Shown here: in pieces, positions 58,312 through 64,000 of the stretch
Layout of the letters: each line of letters opens with the position of its first letter
How positions within the stretch are numbered: the first letter of the stretch is position 1
Assembly (NCBI GenBank): GCA_036676395.1
Contig: JAKFCY010000003.1
Coordinates: forward strand, 224,001-288,000
Origin: Bdellovibrio sp.
GTDB taxonomy: Bacteria; Bdellovibrionota; Bdellovibrionia; Bdellovibrionales; Bdellovibrionaceae
Direction: 5' to 3'
Length of the DNA: 64,000 nt
Notes under the pieces: model-generated
What the model saw: only the letters and a program-made list of their open reading frames with translations
The model's database searches: none
Told to the model about the DNA's origin: nothing
Position numbers and translations under genes: made by a program

Positions 58312-59075
58312 TTGATCTTACTTCCTATCTTTAAGATGACTGTAAGGCCCGCCAGCATTAGAAAAAACGAAATACCAATCACTGACGGGTAATTCGCTAG
58401 TTGAAGCTCAGCGATGGCAAAGAAAAGCAAAAACACATAAATAAAAGTCGCCACCACAGCCTGCGCGCGCACTTGTAGCGCTGATAGTCTCGACTTATGT
58501 CGCAAACTATTTTGAATGCGCAATCCGCGCTTAAATTGATCAATTTGATCAGAAACTCGTGTTGAAGAACGCAAAATAAAATACATTTCTTCGAAAAAAT
58601 GAGCCGAAAAGTTCTTTCGCGCGTAAATTGGCACTGCATTTGCGACCTTTTCACAACAGCTATCAACTTCGATGTAGTTCAGTGGTTCAAACACAATTTT
58701 TTCAACATGAGTGAGTGTGTGAAAGACTATTTTTGCAGATTTTATCGGTGATTGACCGCCTTTAATATGCAAATTTATCGCTTCAAGAACCTTGATTTGC
58801 CCTCTGAAAAACGTCTTTTTCAAAAATAATTCAAAATATATGTTCAAAAAGATCAAGCTCACAAGAATTAAGCCGATATAAATATAGAACAAGATCAGAT
58901 GTTCTTTGAAAAATAGAAAATAAAGACTCGGAATATTCAAAATGATGAACAACACTTTCCGAATTTTCGGAAAAATGATGTGAAAGTTCTCAAGCCGATA
59001 CACGAATCGATCCGAAATGAATAATCCGAATATCGAAATCAGTAAAAAAAGCATCCAAACCTCGCTTTCACGCAA
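58299..59075 (-). CDS. TadB-like (T2SSF) membrane protein
   Basis: N-terminal TMs, IKGGQS, LRHKSRLSALQVRAQA, C-terminal LMLAGL..I.KI. Confidence 0.65.
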   Translation of the reverse strand: MRESEVWMLFLLISIFGLFISDRFVYRLENFHIIFPKIRKVLFIILNIPSLYFLFFKEHLILFYIYIGLILVSLIFLNIYFELFLKKTFFRGQIKVLEAINLHIKGGQSPIKSAKIVFHTLTHVEKIVFEPLNYIEVDSCCEKVANAVPIYARKNFSAHFFEEMYFILRSSTRVSDQIDQFKRGLRIQNSLRHKSRLSALQVRAQAVVATFIYVFLLFFAIAELQLANYPSVIGISFFLMLAGLTVILKIGSKIKWTI

Positions 59076-59112
59076 AGTTGGGATTGCAAAATAAATGCAA
59101 GAATTTTTTTTG

Positions 59113-59141
59113 TTGACGGATTAAATCAATTTGTTAACAAT
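59113..59141 (+). promoter_or_regulatory. Sigma70 promoter for Lys-rich peptide
   Basis: TTGACG-N17-AACAAT preceded by a T-tract. Confidence 0.55.
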
Positions 59142-59221
59142 TTTAATAAGGGAGACTGAAAAGTCCAACAACAACAACAACGGTGATTCGTAGAAATACG
59201 TTCACTTCGAAGGAGCAACCC

Positions 59222-59305
59222 ATGGCTAAGAAAAAAGCAAAAAAAGCTACTAAAAAAGCTGCTAAAAAAACTACAAAAAAAGCTACTAAAAAGAAAAAAA
59301 AGTAG
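59222..59305 (+). CDS. 27-aa Lys/Ala/Thr histone-H1-like peptide (not in ORF track)
   Basis: MAKKKAKKATKKAAKKTTKKATKKKKK*; SD AAGGAG; own promoter and terminator. Confidence 0.8.
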   Translation: MAKKKAKKATKKAAKKTTKKATKKKKK

Positions 59306-59331
59306 TTGTTTTTGTAAAGCAGAAGCTTTGG

Positions 59332-59362
59332 AAGGGCTAACGTAAGTTGGTCCTTTTTTTTT
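59332..59362 (+). terminator. Rho-independent terminator
   Basis: AAGGGCTAAC-GTAA-GTTGGTCCTT then T-run. Confidence 0.8.
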
Positions 59363-59407
59363 GCGCAAAATGAATCGGGATATAAATCATCTGTGAGATC
59401 CCAAATA

Positions 59408-59434
59408 AAAATAGGCCCCAAGAGGGCCTATTTT
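59408..59434 (-). terminator. Terminator for the 59473..60075 gene
   Basis: AAAATAGGCCC-caaga-GGGCCTATTTT. Confidence 0.75.
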
Positions 59435-59472
59435 ACGTTTAAAGCTGTTTTGTTAAGAAAAGTATAAAGAGC

Positions 59473-60075
59473 TTAGTAAAAGTAAGTTAAGCCTAAGCCA
59501 GCCGTTGGAAGATAAACTGAACTGTTTAATTCGCCCAACACCATCAACTCACCGTAAAAATTTACGCCGGCTAATTCGCCTTCAAGCTGGTTGTATTCTA
59601 AACCCATTCCCGCCGCCAAAAAGTTTGCAGAGAATTTGTTCTCTTTGATCTGATTTTCAGAAAGAACTCTATTTAAGATATCTGAACTTGAAGCGTCCGC
59701 TGATGAACTGTTTGAATTAAACCAGTTAGAATAGCCGACCTTAGTATATGGAGATAAGTAAGCAGCTTCATAATTATGTTTCCACGCGATATGAAACGAA
59801 TTATAGGCTTTGCCTCCGCCGATTCCAAACTCTAGAGCATCTTCTGGCTGAAGGTTAACTTCTAAATTAAAACCTAAACCACCAGTTAAACCGCCTGTAG
59901 AGACTCCTAAGCCGATTTTTTTATACTTCTTAAGCTCATAATTTGAATCGTAAAGTTCTACGCCTTCGTTATCAAATTTTTGGCTTTTAGAAAAAACTGA
60001 CTGATTTGTTGGTTCTGTTTGTGCGAAAGTAGCTGTCGAAGACAAAAAAGCTAATGCGATAATAAGTAATTTCAT
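59473..60075 (-). CDS. Small outer-membrane beta-barrel protein
   Basis: Signal peptide, Gly/aromatic strands, ends GLGLTYFY. Confidence 0.75.
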   Translation of the reverse strand: MKLLIIALAFLSSTATFAQTEPTNQSVFSKSQKFDNEGVELYDSNYELKKYKKIGLGVSTGGLTGGLGFNLEVNLQPEDALEFGIGGGKAYNSFHIAWKHNYEAAYLSPYTKVGYSNWFNSNSSSADASSSDILNRVLSENQIKENKFSANFLAAGMGLEYNQLEGELAGVNFYGELMVLGELNSSVYLPTAGLGLTYFY

Positions 60076-60593
60076 GCTGTAGGCCTCTCTTTTTTTAGCT
60101 TAGTTTAATCATTTTTGTCTGAATAGGAAACGAATTCTGCGAATCACTCATTGCAAATGCTATTGAACGTTTCAAAAGATTTTTTGAAAACCATTTTTAC
60201 CGACAGCCTTTAATAGGCAAATATTGCCTATTAAAGCTAAAACTTAATACCCGCCTAACAAGACTTAAATATTCGAAATATCTAGCAAACTTATAATCTA
60301 TATCTTGATATTTACAATTTGCCCGCTACTTAAACATCATGATCACTTGCACGACTTATAATAAGTCGTTCTGTGTTTATTTTTTATCGTTTTTAATAAT
60401 TCTTTTTTGTTATGCCTTCAATAATGGCGCTGAAGAATTTTTCACGACTTTTAGAGCGGAAATTTCGTTCACTTTATAAGTCCTGCAACTGGCCAAAACT
60501 TATCTGGGCTTGAGCTTTAAGGCGTTAAGTATTAAACCTGTTAAGTATTTAAATTCTATTATTTTTTTAATAAATCAAAAAGGGAGATTTCAC

Positions 60594-61538
60594 ATGGCAC
60601 ACGCAAGAAAAAAAATCGCCGTTATTGGCGCAGGTTTCGTAGGATCAACAACTGCTCACTGGGCAGCTCAAAAAGAATTAGGTGATGTAGTTCTTTTAGA
60701 TGTTAACGAAGGCGCAGCTATCGGAAAATCTTTAGACTTAGCTCAAGCAGCTACTATGGAAATGTTTGATACAAAAATCAAAGGCACTTCTAATTATGCT
60801 GATATCGCCAATTCAGATATCGTGATCGTTACGGCTGGTATGCCACGTAAACCAGGCATGAGCCGTGATGAATTAATCGGGATCAATGCAAAAATCGTAA
60901 AAGATGTTTGCGCTGGCATCAAACAACACGCTCCAAATTCAATCGTTATCGTAGTTTGTAACCCAATGGATGTTATGGCCCTTTATGCCAAGCAACAATT
61001 AGGTTTTCCACGTGAGCGCGTTTTAGGTATGGGCGGATGTTTAGATTCAGCTCGCTTCCGTACATTCATCGCCGAAGAGTGCGGTGTTTCATATAAAGAC
61101 GTAACTGGCGTTGTTGTTGGTAACCACGGTGATGCCATGGTTCCATTAGTTCGCACAGCTTCTGTTGGTTCAGTTCCTTTAATGGATATGTTACCGGCTG
61201 ACAAAATTGCTGCAATCGTTGCTCGCACAAAATCTGCAGGTGCCGAAATCGGTGGCCACTTAAAAACTGGTTCAGCATATTACGCTCCTTCTCGTGGTGC
61301 TGTTGAAATGGCTGAAGCGATTTTAAAAGATCAAAAACGCGTATTACCTGTAGCTGTTGAGCTAAAAGGCGAATTCGGCGTTAACGACGGCATGATGGTT
61401 GGTGTTATGTGCGTTATCGGCGGTAAAGGTTTAGAAAAAATCATCGATTACAAATTCAATGCTGACGAAAAAGCTGAATTTGAAAAATCAGTAAACGCAG
61501 TTCGCACATTATGCGAAGGCTTGAAAGCAGTTCAATAA
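60594..61538 (+). CDS. mdh: Malate dehydrogenase (LDH-like)
   Basis: [35 protein letters not shown] at 60594 after GGGAG. Confidence 0.95.
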   Translation: MAHARKKIAVIGAGFVGSTTAHWAAQKELGDVVLLDVNEGAAIGKSLDLAQAATMEMFDTKIKGTSNYADIANSDIVIVTAGMPRKPGMSRDELIGINAKIVKDVCAGIKQHAPNSIVIVVCNPMDVMALYAKQQLGFPRERVLGMGGCLDSARFRTFIAEECGVSYKDVTGVVVGNHGDAMVPLVRTASVGSVPLMDMLPADKIAAIVARTKSAGAEIGGHLKTGSAYYAPSRGAVEMAEAILKDQKRVLPVAVELKGEFGVNDGMMVGVMCVIGGKGLEKIIDYKFNADEKAEFEKSVNAVRTLCEGLKAVQ

Positions 61539-62698
61539 TGAATATTCATGAGTATCAAGCGAAAGAAGTTTTAAGAGACTTCGGAGTAGCGACTTTAAAA
61601 GGTAAATTAGCATTCACTCCTGAAGAAGCCGTAACTGCAGCTAAAGAAATCGGTGGATCAGTTTGGGTTGTTAAAGCCCAGATCCACGCTGGTGGCCGCG
61701 GTAAAGGTGGCGGCGTTAAAGTTGCAAAATCATTAGATGAAGTTCGCGACTACGCTCAAAAAATTCTTGGTATGACTTTAGTCACTCACCAAACAGGCCC
61801 TGAAGGTAAACAAGTTCAAAAAGTGTTTATCGAACAAGGCTGTAATATCGCTAAAGAATACTACGTGGCTTGCTTAATCGACCGTGAAACTGGTCGCGTA
61901 GCAATGATGGCGTCTTCTGAAGGTGGCATGGACATCGAAGAAGTAGCAGAACACAATCCAAATGCGATTGTTAAAGTTGATATCGATCCGGTAACTGGTT
62001 TAGGCGCATGGCAAGCTCGCGAGCTATGCTTCAAAATCGGCATGGGTCCAACAACAGTAAATAAAGCTGTTAAATTCATGATGGGCTTATACGAAGCTTT
62101 CATTAAACACGATTGCTCGATCGCAGAAATCAATCCTTTAGTTGTAACTAAAGAAGATGATGTTATCTGTTTAGATGCAAAAATGAATTTCGATTCAAAT
62201 GCATTATACCGTCAGCCTAGAATTTTAGAAATGCGCGATTTAAACGAAGAAGAAGCCACTGAAATCGAAGCTTCTAAATTTGATTTAGCTTTCATTAAAT
62301 TAGATGGAAACATCGGCTGTTTAGTTAACGGTGCAGGTTTAGCAATGGCTACTCTAGATATCATTAAACTTCACGGTGCGGCTCCTGCGAACTTCTTAGA
62401 TGTTGGCGGCGGCGCAAATAAAGAAAAAGTAACAAACGCATTTAAAATCATCCTTAAAGACAAAAACGTTAAGGGAATTTTAGTAAATATTTTCGGTGGT
62501 ATCATGAAATGTGATGTGATCGCTGAAGGTGTTATCGCCGCTTCTAAAGAAGTTGGTTTAAAAGTTCCTTTAGTGGTTCGTTTAGAAGGTACTAACGTTG
62601 AACTTGGTAAAAAAATCTTAGCTGACAGTGGTTTAAACATCATTCCTGCAAACGATTTAACAGATGCTGCGAAAAAAATTACCGCAGCCATTAAGTAG
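61538..62698 (+). CDS. sucC: Succinyl-CoA ligase beta subunit
   Basis: [32 protein letters not shown]. Confidence 0.97.
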   Translation: MNIHEYQAKEVLRDFGVATLKGKLAFTPEEAVTAAKEIGGSVWVVKAQIHAGGRGKGGGVKVAKSLDEVRDYAQKILGMTLVTHQTGPEGKQVQKVFIEQGCNIAKEYYVACLIDRETGRVAMMASSEGGMDIEEVAEHNPNAIVKVDIDPVTGLGAWQARELCFKIGMGPTTVNKAVKFMMGLYEAFIKHDCSIAEINPLVVTKEDDVICLDAKMNFDSNALYRQPRILEMRDLNEEEATEIEASKFDLAFIKLDGNIGCLVNGAGLAMATLDIIKLHGAAPANFLDVGGGANKEKVTNAFKIILKDKNVKGILVNIFGGIMKCDVIAEGVIAASKEVGLKVPLVVRLEGTNVELGKKILADSGLNIIPANDLTDAAKKITAAIK

Positions 62699-62706
62699 GA
62701 TTTAAA

Positions 62707-63576
62707 ATGGCGATTTTAATTAATAAAAATACAAAAGTTATGTGCCAAGGTCTTACAGGATCTCAAGGTTCATTTCACTCTTTACAATGTAAAGCTTACG
62801 GAACACAAATGGTTGCAGGCGTTACACCTGGTAAAGGTGGAACGACTCACGAAGGTATTCCTGTATTCAACACTGTAAAAGAAGCTAAAGAAAAAACTGG
62901 CGCGACTGTGTCGATGGTATTCGTACCTCCTCCATTCGCTGCTGATTCTATCTTAGAAGCAGTTGATGCTGATTTAGATTTAGTGATCTGTATCACTGAA
63001 GGTATTCCAGTATTAGACATGGTTAAGGTTAAGAAATACATGCAAGGCAAACGCACTCGTTTAATCGGTCCGAACTGCCCTGGCGTTATCACTCCAGAAG
63101 CTTGTAAAATCGGAATCATGCCTGGTCACATTCACAAAGCTGGCCGTATCGGCGTTTTATCACGCTCTGGCACATTAACTTACGAAGCTGTAGGTCAACT
63201 TTCAGCTTTAGGTTTAGGCCAATCAACTTGTGTTGGTATCGGCGGAGACCCGGTTAACGGAACAAACTTTATCGATATGTTAAAACTATTCAACGCAGAT
63301 CCAGACACTGATGCAGTGATCATGATCGGTGAAATCGGCGGAACAGCTGAAGAAGAAGCTGCTGAATACATCAAAAAAGAATTCAAAAAACCAGTAGCGG
63401 TTTTCATCGCAGGTGCTTCGGCTCCTCCGGGAAAACGTATGGGTCATGCCGGAGCTATCATCAGCGGCGGTAAAGGCACAGCAGAAGCTAAATTCGCTGC
63501 TTTAGAGGCAGCTGGTTGTAAGATTTCTCGTTCTCCGGCTGATATGGGAACGACTCTTAAATCGATGTTAAAGTAA
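62707..63576 (+). CDS. sucD: Succinyl-CoA ligase alpha subunit
   Basis: [21 protein letters not shown]. Confidence 0.97.
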   Translation: MAILINKNTKVMCQGLTGSQGSFHSLQCKAYGTQMVAGVTPGKGGTTHEGIPVFNTVKEAKEKTGATVSMVFVPPPFAADSILEAVDADLDLVICITEGIPVLDMVKVKKYMQGKRTRLIGPNCPGVITPEACKIGIMPGHIHKAGRIGVLSRSGTLTYEAVGQLSALGLGQSTCVGIGGDPVNGTNFIDMLKLFNADPDTDAVIMIGEIGGTAEEEAAEYIKKEFKKPVAVFIAGASAPPGKRMGHAGAIISGGKGTAEAKFAALEAAGCKISRSPADMGTTLKSMLK

Positions 63577-63600
63577 TTAAGTCATTAAATGCTTAATATG

Positions 63601-63631
63601 AAAGGCTCTGTAGCAATACAGGGCCTTTTTT
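63601..63631 (+). terminator. Terminator after sucD
   Basis: AAAGGCTCTGTA-GCAA-TACAGGGCCTTT plus T-run. Confidence 0.85.
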
Positions 63632-63701
63632 ATTGCCATTTTTTACCCCTCGGTTTACACCTAATCCCGTAACCAAAAACCTCATAAACAAGGAGCCTCA
63701 A

Positions 63702-64000
63702 ATGGCAATCGAAAGAACATTTTCAATCATCAAACCTAACGCTGTTAAAAAGAACGTAATCGGCGATATCATCAACACTTTTGAAACTAAAGGTTTACGC
63801 ATCGGCGGAGCTAAATTAGGAATGTTATCTCGTGAAAAATGCGAATTATTTTACGCTGAACACGCAGCTCGTCCTTTTTTCGGTGAATTAGTTTCTTTCA
63901 TGACTTCTGGTCCTGTTGTAATGATGTGCTTAGTTGGTGAAAACGCAGTTTTAAAAAACCGCGAAATCATGGGTGCAACTGATCCTAAAAAAGCTGATCC
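63702..64000 (+). CDS. ndk: Nucleoside diphosphate kinase (partial, runs off window)
   Basis: [57 protein letters not shown]. Confidence 0.95.
   Translation, partial: MAIERTFSIIKPNAVKKNVIGDIINTFETKGLRIGGAKLGMLSREKCELFYAEHAARPFFGELVSFMTSGPVVMMCLVGENAVLKNREIMGATDPKKAD

Noticed and set aside
59166..59305. Short tandem repeats as a possible CRISPR or VNTR
   Set aside because: No repeat-spacer structure or cas genes; explained by the leader motif and Lys codons
59126..59421. Two Phe-rich minus-strand ORFs (80 and 92 aa)
   Set aside because: Antisense shadows of the Lys-codon-rich peptide gene, which has the SD, promoter and terminator
60076..60593. Possible oriC or dif site
   Set aside because: No DnaA-box cluster or XerC/XerD consensus recognised

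Overview
AT-rich chromosomal window from a predatory Bdellovibrionota bacterium (Bdellovibrio/Pseudobdellovibrio-like; inferred from gene content and the many lineage-type secreted proteins, not from a database search). Housekeeping blocks: peptidoglycan recycling (amgK-murU, anmK, nagZ), priA, rpsB-tsf-pyrH-frr-uppS-cdsA-rseP-tsaB...rluD-pgeF, tRNA-Phe, a cystathionine beta-synthase/gamma-lyase pair and mdh-sucC-sucD-ndk. Between them lie accessory blocks of mostly exported proteins. No transposase, integrase, prophage or CRISPR array was seen. Best leads: (1) a TadG-like pilus-tip gene followed by two sigma28-driven, Cys-rich secreted proteins that share hydrophobic cores and a C-terminal signature, with an orphan tadB/tadC-like pair elsewhere in the window; (2) an RRM-FKBP-RRM(RGG)-infA-DOT1-like methyltransferase module in which both RRM mRNAs hide their Shine-Dalgarno in hairpins; (3) two basic peptides below the ORF-track cutoff, one with a structured GAAA-hairpin/(CAA)5 leader; (4) a recurrent GTCTCA-N3-TGAGAC-like palindrome upstream of envelope/secreted genes; (5) a heme-c/DUF1501/beta-barrel envelope cluster. 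Family assignments come from motifs recognised by eye; no searches were run.
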